This document shows, one piece after another, positions 1 to 9,420 of a stretch of DNA of 64,000 nucleotides (its first letter is position 1; the number at the start of each line of letters is the position of its first letter). The stretch lies in assembly GCA_036436775.1 (NCBI GenBank), contig GCA_036436775.1_3676.1; one strand, written 5' to 3'. The notes beneath the pieces are model-generated. The model was not told the origin of the DNA. It searched no databases and saw nothing but the letters and a program-made list of their open reading frames with translations. This DNA comes from a phage. The translations under genes and the position numbers were made by a program.

Positions 1-2316
1 TTGATCACCAAGGTAATTAAAAGCAACGGATGTGAAGTGGCATTCGATCCAGAACGTTTAAATAAGGCAGCTATTTTCGGTGACGACGGTAACGGCAATT
101 GGTCACACATTGCACTGGATGCATACAAACGACTGTATGATGGATGTACGACCAAAGAAGTTAACCAAGCTATCATAGACTCCTGTGTTAGCCGTAAAGA
201 CGAAGCACATTCCCGTATGGCTGGTCGTGTTCTTATTGGTCAGATTTATAAAGAGGCTTTTGGAGGGTTTACAAAGATCCCTTCATTACCATCATTTTAC
301 AATACCATGGTTGAGAAAGGGTATTGGGAGGATATGGGTTATAGCTTTACCGAGCTAAATACTTTAGGCGCTGTTATTGACCACAGTAAAGATCTCGGTT
401 ACGGCTATGCAGTCCTTAAACAGTTTCGCGACAAATACGGGATCAAGGATACTCTTAAAGACACCCTGTTTGAATCTCCCCAGATGATGTTTATGGGGAT
501 AGCAATGGCTGTCATGAAGAATATGCCGAAAGAACGTCGTATCAACGATGTTGTAAAATTATACAATTATCTGTCCGACTTAAAGATCAATGCTCCGACA
601 CCGTACTTAAACGGGCTGCGCACAGGTAAGACAGGGTATGCATCTTGTTGTGTAATAAAAGCTGACGATACAGCAAAATCTATTGGTGTGGCACGTGAAG
701 TTGCGTACACAATGACGGTTAACCAAGCAGGTATCGGCTACTATTTATCATCAAGATCTGCAGGCGATGGTGTTCGTGGTAACACTATTAAACACATGGG
801 TAAGATTCCATATTATCGAGGTATTGATGCTGGGGTTAAGGAGAACAGACAACAATCACGTGGCGGTTCTGCAACAGTATCATTCCTTGCACTAGACCCG
901 CAGATTGATGAGCTAATCCGTTTGAGAAACCCTATGACTGTTGCTTCAAAAAGAATCAACACCATGGATTACTCTATAGGTATTAATAGGTCGTTTATCA
1001 ACCGTGTGGCTAAGAATTTAGATTGGATGCTTGTTTCTTATAAGCACGCGCCTCAACTGCATGAAGGTATCTTCACCATGTCTATGGAGGAGTTTGATGC
1101 AGAGGTTGATCGTATCGCTAAAGATGACAGTATTCCTAAAACATGGATCCGAGCTAGAGATCTTGCTGTGGAGCTGATCACGCAGCGTACCGAGGTGGGG
1201 AGACTGTACGTATACTGGACAGATGAGATGAATAGACATACACCTTTTAAAGATGTGATCTACTCAAGTAACCTGTGTGCAGAAATAGCCCTCCCGACAA
1301 AAGGCTATTCAGATATGCGTAATATCTTCAAGTACGATGCTGATGATGGCGAGGTTGCATTGTGCTTCCTGTCATCTCTTGTAGCTGGAAGGGTTAACCC
1401 AGAGGAGTATGAGGATGTTGCATACTACACGGTGCTTATGATTGACAATGTTATGGAAATCATGACATATCCGTATGAAAATATGGAGAGCACTGTTAAA
1501 AAACGCAGATCCATCGGGGTTGGCCTTACCAACGTTGCACATTTTATTGCCAGCCACAAGGTTACTTACGGATCTCCTGAAAGTAAACAGCTTGTTCACG
1601 ATCTTGCAGAACTTCACAGCTACAGCTTGCATAAGGCAAGTTTACGGTTGGCAAAAGAGCGTGGTGTCTGCGAGTGGATGCATAAAACAAAATATCCAGA
1701 AGGTTGGTTACCAATCGACACCTATAACAAAGAGGTCGATAGCGTGGTGAAAGATCCTTCTCTTAAACAGGATTGGGAAGGGTTACGTAAAGAAATCATT
1801 GAAAATGGTGGGCTACGTAATAGCGTTCTTGAAGCATATATGCCTAATGAAAGCTCTTCGCTGGCAACAAACACCACTAACGGGGTTTATCCTGTCCGTG
1901 AGCACATTATCTTTAAAAAATCTCCACAAGGGCAGGTGCTGTTTATCGTTCCTGAATACGATGCGCTGAAAGAGTATTACACTTCGGCTTGGGACGTTGA
2001 TACTAACGACATGATCGATATGTATGCTGTGATTCAAAAATTCACAGGCCAGGCAATCAGCGCGGATTTATACATAGACTACACCAAGTTGAAAGATGGT
2101 AAAATTTCAATGAAGGAGCAGCTAGGGTACCTTATCCGTGCCACTAAATTCGGGATGAAGACATGGTATTATTTAAACTCCAGGGTTGGTGCTGGTGACT
2201 CCTTGGCAGAGGAACTTCATGCCAAGAAACAAGCTGAAGATGAAACCAGAAAGAACTATCCTTTGATTGCAGATAGTTCAGTTGAAGATCCGTATTGCGA
2301 AAGCTGTGCACTGTAA
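1..2316 (+). CDS. nrdA: Ribonucleotide reductase class Ia large subunit NrdA (start at or just beyond window edge)
   Basis: 771-aa ORF; ATP-cone-like N-terminus, active-site motif SNLCAEIALPT, C-terminal Cys pair (CESCAL). Confidence 0.93.
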   Translation: MITKVIKSNGCEVAFDPERLNKAAIFGDDGNGNWSHIALDAYKRLYDGCTTKEVNQAIIDSCVSRKDEAHSRMAGRVLIGQIYKEAFGGFTKIPSLPSFYNTMVEKGYWEDMGYSFTELNTLGAVIDHSKDLGYGYAVLKQFRDKYGIKDTLKDTLFESPQMMFMGIAMAVMKNMPKERRINDVVKLYNYLSDLKINAPTPYLNGLRTGKTGYASCCVIKADDTAKSIGVAREVAYTMTVNQAGIGYYLSSRSAGDGVRGNTIKHMGKIPYYRGIDAGVKENRQQSRGGSATVSFLALDPQIDELIRLRNPMTVASKRINTMDYSIGINRSFINRVAKNLDWMLVSYKHAPQLHEGIFTMSMEEFDAEVDRIAKDDSIPKTWIRARDLAVELITQRTEVGRLYVYWTDEMNRHTPFKDVIYSSNLCAEIALPTKGYSDMRNIFKYDADDGEVALCFLSSLVAGRVNPEEYEDVAYYTVLMIDNVMEIMTYPYENMESTVKKRRSIGVGLTNVAHFIASHKVTYGSPESKQLVHDLAELHSYSLHKASLRLAKERGVCEWMHKTKYPEGWLPIDTYNKEVDSVVKDPSLKQDWEGLRKEIIENGGLRNSVLEAYMPNESSSLATNTTNGVYPVREHIIFKKSPQGQVLFIVPEYDALKEYYTSAWDVDTNDMIDMYAVIQKFTGQAISADLYIDYTKLKDGKISMKEQLGYLIRATKFGMKTWYYLNSRVGAGDSLAEELHAKKQAEDETRKNYPLIADSSVEDPYCESCAL

Positions 2317-2322
2317 TTTTAA

Positions 2323-2345
2323 AGGGGCTTCGGCCCCTGTCTTAG
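2323..2345 (+). terminator. GC hairpin after nrdA (GGGGC-TTCG-GCCCC), weak U tract
   Basis: Inverted repeat read directly; only a short T-rich tail, so may be an attenuator or stability element rather than a full terminator. Confidence 0.3.
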
Positions 2346-2355
2346 AGGTAGAATA

Positions 2356-3444
2356 ATGGCTGTATTTAATGCTGAGAACACTGCTCATAAAACTGGTGAC
2401 TATCCGCTGTTTTTAGGACAGCAAATGGGTATGTACGACTCTATTAACAAAAAATATCCACAACTGTTCGAACTGTACAAAAAACAAAAAGAACAAGACT
2501 GGGCAGAGGATGAAGTGGATTTGTCGCAATCTATTTCAGATTTTGTAACATGCTCCAAGTCAACTTATGACGTGATGGTGCAGACCTTGATGTGGCAATG
2601 GGAGGCTGATAGCGTTGCGGCAAGATCGATCATCTGCCTCTTTTCACCATTCATCACTAATAGTGAGCTTTTCACTCTATTGATGAAACAGTCAGAGATT
2701 GAAGTTCTTCACGCACTAACCTACTCAGAGATTGTTAGACAATGCCTTCCTAATGCTCGGGAGATTATAGAAGAGATTCAGGAAAACCAGAACGTACTGA
2801 GCAGATCTGGAGTTATTGTCAAATACATGCAAGAGCTTGAGATTATTGGTGCAAAATATCGACTGGATCCTTCTAGTGTTGAAGAAGATACTGTGCGGAA
2901 ATGCATTCTTAGAGCGCTTTTTGCACTTTTAGCTCTAGAAAGTATTGAGTTTATTGCAAGTTTTGCATGCACTTTCGCAGTAGCTGAACAGGGTATTTTT
3001 GTTCAGGTGGCGCAGCTTGTTCAAAAAATCATGCTTGACGAAATGCTGCATTCGAAAGGTGATTTTGCCATCATTGATATCCTGCTTAATGATCCAGCAT
3101 GGGAGAAAAGCTTCCTTGAGATAAAGGGAGAGTTAAAAGAGATTCTTGATGAAGTACGAACCAAGGAGTACGGTTGGAGTGACTATATTTTCAGCGAAGG
3201 AAGAGCGATTATAGGTCTTAACTCACCGTTGCTTAAAGAATGGGTTGACTATAACTGCTCACCGATTTATGATTACTACGACATCGACAAAGATTTTGTG
3301 CCGCCAACAAAGGACCCGCTACCGTTTATGCAGGTGTGGATGAAACCTTCATTGCAACAGACGGCTAACCAGGAAATGTCGAACACCGACTACCGAGTCA
3401 ACACAACTGTTAACGACGCTGAAGAAGAAATTTGGGAGTTTTAA
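2356..3444 (+). CDS. nrdB: Ribonucleotide reductase class Ia small subunit NrdB
   Basis: 362-aa ORF; ferritin-like motifs (EFIASFACTF...DEMLH), acidic C-terminal tail EEEIWEF. Confidence 0.93.
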   Translation: MAVFNAENTAHKTGDYPLFLGQQMGMYDSINKKYPQLFELYKKQKEQDWAEDEVDLSQSISDFVTCSKSTYDVMVQTLMWQWEADSVAARSIICLFSPFITNSELFTLLMKQSEIEVLHALTYSEIVRQCLPNAREIIEEIQENQNVLSRSGVIVKYMQELEIIGAKYRLDPSSVEEDTVRKCILRALFALLALESIEFIASFACTFAVAEQGIFVQVAQLVQKIMLDEMLHSKGDFAIIDILLNDPAWEKSFLEIKGELKEILDEVRTKEYGWSDYIFSEGRAIIGLNSPLLKEWVDYNCSPIYDYYDIDKDFVPPTKDPLPFMQVWMKPSLQQTANQEMSNTDYRVNTTVNDAEEEIWEF

Positions 3445-3447
3445 TAT

Positions 3448-3726
3448 ATGAGCTGTGAAAAATCTTTTTTCTTTATTATTTACGGTAAAGATAACTGCCC
3501 ACATTGTGTAAGAGCAAAAGAATTTGCAGTCAGTAAAGGTCTGCCTTTTGTATATAAGACACTTGGAGAGGGATACACAAAAGAAGAGCTTATTGAGAAG
3601 TGTAGTCCAATCGTCCCAAGAACGTTACCGCAGATCTTCTTAGAAAGCGATCTTGATAGTGTCCATGTAGGTGGTGCCGACGATTTCATCTCTTTTGTTA
3701 AGAATGATTTTGGAGAGAAAAAGTGA
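3448..3726 (+). CDS. Glutaredoxin-like redoxin (T4 NrdC-like)
   Basis: 92-aa ORF with CPHC redox motif and C-terminal LPQIF...VGG.DD pattern typical of glutaredoxins. Confidence 0.75.
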   Translation: MSCEKSFFFIIYGKDNCPHCVRAKEFAVSKGLPFVYKTLGEGYTKEELIEKCSPIVPRTLPQIFLESDLDSVHVGGADDFISFVKNDFGEKK

Positions 3727-5846
3727 AAGTTGTAAAACGGGACGGTAGAGAAGAGGTCTATAACGGAATTAAGGTGATCAAGGCGGCAGAGTCCGCCTTA
3801 CTTGAGTCTGGGCATACTGAAGAAGAAGCTTACCGGATCGCCTGCGCGGTTAATGAAGTTGTTGCTAACAATCTACCAACCGACCAGTGCACGATCTCTG
3901 TAAAAAATATCCATATCCTTGTTGAAGACGCTCTTATGGATATGGGTTTAAAATGTGCAGCCAGAGAATACATCCAGTATAGGCAGACAAGAGATAATAA
4001 CAGAGAGGCAGGTGGAAAACTGCTTGCAGATATTAGTGGCTTCCTGGATCGCACTTGTGATGAATTTACAAAAGAAAACGCAAATAAGCCTACCAATCAT
4101 GTACACACTCATCGTGACCTGCTTGCAGGCATCCTTAGCAAACACCTTGCATCGACACAGATCCTGCCAGACCGTGTCTCCGAAGAGCACAATAAAGGCT
4201 TCATCCATGTGCATGACCTTGACTATTTGATCAGTCCGTTAACAAACTGTTGTTTAGTAAATTATCCAGATATGTTGGAAAACGGATTCAACATTGGTAA
4301 CGCCCATGTCAGTAAGCCGAAGTCAATAGGGGTTGCAACAACAATCCTTAGCCAAATCTCTAGTGCGGTAGCTAGTGCTCAATATGGTGGTCAGACTATG
4401 AGCCATATTGATCATTATCTGGCACAGTATGCTGAAGCAACCTATGAGAAGAACCTTAAATTTTGCCAGGAACATTGGTTGCCAGATGCTGAGACTGTTG
4501 CAATGCAAATGACAGATAAAGACGTGTTTGACAGCATGCAGACGTTGCTTTATCAAATCAATACGTTAACTTCTGTCAACGGGCAAACTCCATTCATCAC
4601 ATTAAGTTTAGGACTGGATACCTCGGTCTTTGGTAGAATGATTACCAAAAACTACTTGAAAGTCCACAAAATGGGTCTTGGTGAAGAACGTATTACACCT
4701 GTGTTCCCTAAAGTGCTGTTCTTCCTAGAAGAGGGTGTCAACATGAACCCTGGAGATCCTAACTATGATTTGAAACGATTAGCTCTGGAATGCTCTGCAG
4801 AGCGGATTTATCCTGACTTTGTTTCTGTTCCACTAAATCGTAAAGTGACAGGCTCGACAGATGGTAAAGTAACGAGCATGGGTTGCCGGAGTTTTCTTAG
4901 CAAATACAATGACTTGGAAACAGGTGAGGAGAAATACCTTGGCAGATTTAACTTAGGCGTTGTTAGCCTTAACCTGCCAATGATTGCGGCAAAAGCTAAG
5001 ACGGAAGGTGTTGATTTCTTTGCCGTTCTTGACGAGTATCTGGATTTGGCATATGAAGCTCACCTTGTAAGAGTTAACCGTCTAAAAGGAACAAAGGCAG
5101 GGCAGAACCCTATCATGTGGTGTGAAGGCGCTCTTGCTCGCCTGGATCCTGAAGAGAGTATTGATAAACTCTTCTATGACGGGTACGCTTCCATCAGTAT
5201 TGGGTATATTGGTGTGTATGAAACCTGTCAGATTTTGGGCAGAGAGGGTGACAAGGCTTTGGCTCTTGGAATACTTCAGCACATGAGAGATGCTTGTGAG
5301 CGATACAAGAAGGAAAGTAGACTAGCGTTTAGCTTGTACGGCACCCCTTCTGAGAGTCTATGCTATAAAGCTGCAACCTGTCTGGATCGTGAATATCCTG
5401 AAGTGTTGAAGCATGAGCATGAATATCTCACCAACAGTTTCCATCAGCCAGTATGGATAAATAGCTCTCCTTTTGATAAGTGGGAATATGAGGAAGGTTT
5501 TGCTATAATCTCCTCTGGTGGCAACATCGGATACGTAGAGACACCAAATCTGAAAAACAACTTAGATGCTTTAGAGGCTCTTGTTGACTTCGGGTATAAA
5601 CACATTATGTATTTTGGTATTAACCAGCCTGTGGATAAATGTCTTAAGTGCGGATTCTCTGGCGAGTTTAGCGCAACAGCTAAAGGATTTGTATGCCCAG
5701 AGTGTGGAAACCATGAAGAGGGAACGATCAGTGTAATCAGACGTGTATCCGGGTACCTGTCTAGTCCAAACTCTCGTCCTTACAATAAAGGTAAGCAAGC
5801 GGAAGTTATAGAACGGGTTAAGCACTACGGAAGTTGTGGTTGCTGA
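3723..5846 (+). CDS. nrdD: Anaerobic ribonucleoside-triphosphate reductase NrdD (class III)
   Basis: 707-aa ORF; N-terminal ATP cone, Zn-ribbon CxxC...CxxC, C-terminal glycyl-radical motif RRVSGYL; GTG start with GGAGAG RBS. Confidence 0.9.
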   Translation: MKVVKRDGREEVYNGIKVIKAAESALLESGHTEEEAYRIACAVNEVVANNLPTDQCTISVKNIHILVEDALMDMGLKCAAREYIQYRQTRDNNREAGGKLLADISGFLDRTCDEFTKENANKPTNHVHTHRDLLAGILSKHLASTQILPDRVSEEHNKGFIHVHDLDYLISPLTNCCLVNYPDMLENGFNIGNAHVSKPKSIGVATTILSQISSAVASAQYGGQTMSHIDHYLAQYAEATYEKNLKFCQEHWLPDAETVAMQMTDKDVFDSMQTLLYQINTLTSVNGQTPFITLSLGLDTSVFGRMITKNYLKVHKMGLGEERITPVFPKVLFFLEEGVNMNPGDPNYDLKRLALECSAERIYPDFVSVPLNRKVTGSTDGKVTSMGCRSFLSKYNDLETGEEKYLGRFNLGVVSLNLPMIAAKAKTEGVDFFAVLDEYLDLAYEAHLVRVNRLKGTKAGQNPIMWCEGALARLDPEESIDKLFYDGYASISIGYIGVYETCQILGREGDKALALGILQHMRDACERYKKESRLAFSLYGTPSESLCYKAATCLDREYPEVLKHEHEYLTNSFHQPVWINSSPFDKWEYEEGFAIISSGGNIGYVETPNLKNNLDALEALVDFGYKHIMYFGINQPVDKCLKCGFSGEFSATAKGFVCPECGNHEEGTISVIRRVSGYLSSPNSRPYNKGKQAEVIERVKHYGSCGC

Positions 5847-5847
5847 T

Positions 5848-5877
5848 ACTTGACAAAAGCCACAAGGATGTGGCATA
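5848..5877 (+). promoter_or_regulatory. Sigma70-like promoter (TTGACA-N18-CATATT) with embedded 16-bp palindrome GCCACAAGGATGTGGC
   Basis: Hexamers and palindrome read directly; palindrome centre about 40 nt upstream of the ATG at 5908. Confidence 0.5.
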
Positions 5878-5907
5878 TTGTTGGCACAGTGAGCTAGGAG
5901 GTACAGT

Positions 5908-6024
5908 ATGTCTACAGGTATTTATAAAATTTGCAAGTGCGGATGTCGTTGCAATCTTCGTTGGTGCAAGGCACTGGACGATTTTATTTGGCATTGCCCT
6001 GAATGCGATGCGGAGTATCTATGA
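5908..6024 (+). CDS. Small Cys-rich (Zn-ribbon-like) protein, 38 aa, translationally coupled to nrdG
   Basis: AGGAGG RBS 7 nt upstream; 8 Cys (KICKCGCRC...CPEC); stop TGA overlaps nrdG ATG (ATGA); below ORF-track size cutoff. Confidence 0.5.
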   Translation: MSTGIYKICKCGCRCNLRWCKALDDFIWHCPECDAEYL

Positions 6025-6494
6025 ACATTGTCGGATACACAGAAATATCTTACACCGAAGGGCCAGGTATTAGAACCGCCTTGTGGGTATCTGGGTGCCC
6101 ACACGCTTGCCCTGGTTGCTTTAATCAGGCATTTTGGTCAAAAGATAAGGGGAGAGAGTTCACTGAAGAAGATTTACAAAAAATCTTGTCAGATTTAGAT
6201 AACCCATCTGTGTGCGGTATCTCTCTGCTGGGGGGAGAACCATTAGCATACTATAATGAGCCAGATATTATTAGCCTGATGGAGAAAATTAAGGAAAAAT
6301 TTGGTGACAAGAAAACTATTCTTGTATATACTGGGTTCACATTTGACCATATCTCTAGTGATGTTCTTAAACTGGCTGATATCATCATTGACGGTAAGTA
6401 TGTAAAAGATTTACCAACCAAGAAACCGTTCCGAGGCAGTGATAACCAAAGAATGTTTAAAAAAGTATCAGGCGGTTGGGTTCAGGTAGACTAG
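6021..6494 (+). CDS. nrdG: Anaerobic RNR activating enzyme NrdG (radical SAM)
   Basis: Cys cluster CPHACPGC (radical-SAM CxxxCxxC variant) near N-terminus; start moved to ATG 6021 (GGAG RBS); follows nrdD. Confidence 0.85.
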   Translation: MNIVGYTEISYTEGPGIRTALWVSGCPHACPGCFNQAFWSKDKGREFTEEDLQKILSDLDNPSVCGISLLGGEPLAYYNEPDIISLMEKIKEKFGDKKTILVYTGFTFDHISSDVLKLADIIIDGKYVKDLPTKKPFRGSDNQRMFKKVSGGWVQVD

Positions 6495-6497
6495 TTG

Positions 6498-6527
6498 TTG
6501 ACAAAGTTTTGTTTAGATAGGTATAAT
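6498..6527 (+). promoter_or_regulatory. Sigma70-like promoter TTGACA-N18-TATAAT
   Basis: Consensus hexamers read directly, upstream of a small ORF with a GAGGAGG RBS. Confidence 0.6.
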
Positions 6528-6558
6528 TATCGTAAAATGAAAGCAGAGGAGGTGCCAA

Positions 6559-6672
6559 ATGGCTAAAAAAGCCTTGAAGAAGGCGTACAAAAAAGAAATT
6601 GCGCTTGAGCTTAAGAAAAAACATAAGCGTGAAAAGAAACATCATGAGGATGAAGAGGGGGTGCAACAGTGA
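6559..6672 (+). CDS. Small lysine-rich basic protein (37 aa)
   Basis: ATG with GAGGAGG RBS directly after a consensus promoter; MAKKALKKAYKK...; not in ORF track (<60 aa). Confidence 0.45.
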   Translation: MAKKALKKAYKKEIALELKKKHKREKKHHEDEEGVQQ

Positions 6673-7019
6673 CACAAGAACGTATCGATTTGGCTAATAA
6701 GTTTGTAGATCTCATTTTGCCACGGTTAGTTACTCAACATGCAGACGCTATTTCTACTAATCTTGATGGCTTACGTCTAATGCTGAATCGCACAGATGAC
6801 CCTCGTATTCGGGCTGATTTAGAAGCCTCTGCCAACAAACTGGAAAAGTTCTTGCAAGTAGACACGCAAGAAGCCTTACACAAAATTATGGTGGAAGGTT
6901 TCTCTAAAGAATTTACCATTAAAGAGCTTAAGGAGCTGATCCACCAAGAAGAGATGAATATCCGAGTTCAGGCTGTTGCAAGCAGCATGGAAGCGGCTAT
7001 TGAAAAACTGTTGCAGTAA
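6669..7019 (+). CDS. Hypothetical protein
   Basis: 116-aa ORF, GTG start overlapping upstream stop. Confidence 0.5.
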   Translation: MTQERIDLANKFVDLILPRLVTQHADAISTNLDGLRLMLNRTDDPRIRADLEASANKLEKFLQVDTQEALHKIMVEGFSKEFTIKELKELIHQEEMNIRVQAVASSMEAAIEKLLQ

Positions 7020-7057
7020 ACGTACTTGGCACATCTCAATCTGAAAGGAGTCCCAAC

Positions 7058-7846
7058 ATGGGTCGAGCTAAAGAAACAAAACGCATGCGTGATGAAGCTA
7101 GAGAGGCTCGCAAATCTGATCGCCTGCGTAAGGCTGCTGAGAAATTTGCTGACGAACGAGAGCACACCGCTCCAGCTCTCCGACCAATGAATAAGAAGCA
7201 GCAAAAGTATCTTGATTATCTAGGGTCACGTAAGATTATTATTGTAAACGGTGTGTTTGGATCCGGTAAGACATTCATGGCATCTGCATATGCAGGTGAT
7301 CTTCTGCGTAAGAACGAGATTGATAAGATCATTGTTGCACGTCCTTACGTTCAGACAGGAAAGACTTCAGGATTTAAACCCGGGAATGCAATGCAGAAAC
7401 TGTGGCCTTATCTTCGAAGCATGATGGACACTATTTGTCGTCGTGTTGGCAAAGGTGCTTTTGCCGCAATGCTGGGAGATGGTCAGAACAGCCGTATCGA
7501 GATTTGTGAAGTTGAAAGCATTCGTGGTCGTAGTTTCGATGAGCGATGCTTTGTCCTGATTGACGAGGCACAGCAAACTAACCCTGAAGAAATGTTGTCA
7601 ATTATCACAAGGATCTCTGATCAGGCCACCCTTGTAATCATGGGCGATAATAGCCAACGTGACATCCCTGGTAAATCTGGACTTGCATGGGTGACGGATT
7701 TCTTTACTCGTCATCCAGATCCTGAGGTTGGAATGATCAGCTTTGATAGTCCAGACGATGTCGTTCGTTCCGGATTGGGTCGTCAGATTGCACTCAATCT
7801 TATTGAGGATCGTGCAAATCATATTTGGACTCCTGTTTCCGAGTAA
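7058..7846 (+). CDS. phoH: PhoH-like ATPase
   Basis: 262-aa ORF; Walker A GVFGSGKTF and PhoH-family motifs (ARPYVQTGK...GF.PG). Confidence 0.85.
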   Translation: MGRAKETKRMRDEAREARKSDRLRKAAEKFADEREHTAPALRPMNKKQQKYLDYLGSRKIIIVNGVFGSGKTFMASAYAGDLLRKNEIDKIIVARPYVQTGKTSGFKPGNAMQKLWPYLRSMMDTICRRVGKGAFAAMLGDGQNSRIEICEVESIRGRSFDERCFVLIDEAQQTNPEEMLSIITRISDQATLVIMGDNSQRDIPGKSGLAWVTDFFTRHPDPEVGMISFDSPDDVVRSGLGRQIALNLIEDRANHIWTPVSE

Positions 7847-7890
7847 TGCAGAAGGGTGGTTATTCCACCCTTAAATATCTAAAACAGTTG

Positions 7891-7920
7891 TTGACAAACA
7901 GGTAAAGCTTTAGATATTAT
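7891..7920 (+). promoter_or_regulatory. Sigma70-like promoter (TTGACA, AT-rich -10)
   Basis: TTGACA at 7891 followed 17 nt later by ATATTAT; preceded by hairpin AAGGGTGG/CCACCCTT. Confidence 0.5.
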
Positions 7921-7947
7921 TATTATTGGACAAGAGAAGGAGATAGT

Positions 7948-8259
7948 ATGGCTACAATACAAGAGAGACTGAATAAAATATACTGCCTGTTTGTCTATAA
8001 CGGCGAGACAATTTTGGCAAATAAAGGATACAAGAATGTGTGGATCAAGGATAGTGGTGGTAATATAATCAACTTAGCGTTGCTACGTGAGCGCCGACAC
8101 AGATTCTTTATCGAGTCTCGGATTATTGAAAGCAGCACCTGCTACAGAACAGGTGATAAAGTAATTGTTGACAATGATACGTGGTATGTGGTAGACTGGC
8201 AATCACTGAGCTGTGATGCTTCTGACAATCGTAAGTACTCTATAGTGATTGCTAAATAA
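7948..8259 (+). CDS. Hypothetical protein
   Basis: 103-aa ORF downstream of promoter with GAGAAGGAG RBS. Confidence 0.6.
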   Translation: MATIQERLNKIYCLFVYNGETILANKGYKNVWIKDSGGNIINLALLRERRHRFFIESRIIESSTCYRTGDKVIVDNDTWYVVDWQSLSCDASDNRKYSIVIAK

Positions 8260-8319
8260 AGGTAAATGTGAATCAGGTTTAAATAAATAGCTTTCAACTT
8301 CCAATATTAAGGATTTCTC

Positions 8320-9369
8320 ATGAATTTAACACCTCGCAGCACCATGGTACACGGCATGAAAGAAAAACAGAACGGTTTCGAACCTATGAGTAATAAAATG
8401 TTCGGTATGCCGGGTGGTATTATGGAAACATACAGCTACCCAACACCAGTTGTTGACCACGTTCTTTATATTGACGATTTGGAAGACTTACAAGATCATA
8501 TGTCTCGTCTGCAGACGATCCGTATGGCTCAGCCGGAAGAAAGCATTCGGGTGATCATCAATAGCCCTGGAGGTTGCGTGCACATTGCAATGGCTTATCT
8601 GCAGGCATTCCGCGAGTCTCAGGCAAGCGTTGTTGCACATGCTGAAGGGATGTGCTGCTCTGCTGGAACAATCTTATGGCTTGGTTGCAAAGAACGTACT
8701 GTGGCTCCGGACACAGAATTTATGTTCCACTACTATCAAGGTGGCACTTATGGTAACGGTGTGAACATGAATACTCAGGTCAGCTACTGGAAAAAACGTT
8801 TTGAACGCCTGATCGAAAAATACTACGGTGGGGTGCTGACAGAAGATGAGATCGCATCCATCACAGCTGGCGGTGAAGTGTGGTTAGATGGAGAAGAGCT
8901 GGCATCTAGAACTGGTGCTATCATTCTGGACGATGAAAACATTCAGCGCATTCAGAATGGACAGAAACCGAAAAAGCTTTTGGCAAAAAGTGATGAAGAA
9001 GGTGTGCTAGGCGAAGCAGGCCTGCCAGAGATTCACCAATGCACATCTCTGGACGAGCTGGTTCATGCTGTTGAGTCTGCAAAAGCAAATGGTATGAAAG
9101 ACGATGTTCACACTGTGTTCCTGAATCTGCAGATGGAAAGTGGTGAGACCGTCCGGATCGCCCTGGATGAAATTACTTCAGAAGATCTGCAGCGATTCTC
9201 TGTCGTCGAACTTCAGGATATTCTGTCTCAATTGAAGACTACTCTGAACGGCGGTGAAGAGGTTAAGGTGAAAGACAAGACCCGCAAGCGTCTGATGGAC
9301 AATATCATTAAAACAGCAAAAGAGCTCAATGAAAAAATCCTGGGTGCAGGAATTGTCGAAGAAGCTTAA
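8320..9369 (+). CDS. ClpP-family serine peptidase-like protein with ~150-aa C-terminal extension
   Basis: 349-aa ORF; INSPGG motif, catalytic-Ser context MCCSAGT, His context MFHYY, matching ClpP/S14 fold order. Confidence 0.7.
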   Translation: MNLTPRSTMVHGMKEKQNGFEPMSNKMFGMPGGIMETYSYPTPVVDHVLYIDDLEDLQDHMSRLQTIRMAQPEESIRVIINSPGGCVHIAMAYLQAFRESQASVVAHAEGMCCSAGTILWLGCKERTVAPDTEFMFHYYQGGTYGNGVNMNTQVSYWKKRFERLIEKYYGGVLTEDEIASITAGGEVWLDGEELASRTGAIILDDENIQRIQNGQKPKKLLAKSDEEGVLGEAGLPEIHQCTSLDELVHAVESAKANGMKDDVHTVFLNLQMESGETVRIALDEITSEDLQRFSVVELQDILSQLKTTLNGGEEVKVKDKTRKRLMDNIIKTAKELNEKILGAGIVEEA

Positions 9370-9381
9370 ACATTAATTCTA

Positions 9382-9406
9382 AAGCCCTCTTCGGAGGGCT
9401 TTTATG
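9382..9406 (+). terminator. Rho-independent terminator
   Basis: AGCCCTC-TTCG-GAGGGCT hairpin followed by TTTTAT. Confidence 0.7.
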
Positions 9407-9420
9407 ATCTGGAGATTTGC

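Noticed and set aside
1018-5876. Short antisense ORFs inside nrdA, nrdB and nrdD (e.g. 1018-1239, 1372-1632, 3830-4096, 5571-5876)
   Set aside because: Embedded antisense in strongly supported conserved genes; no RBS; typical spurious ORFs
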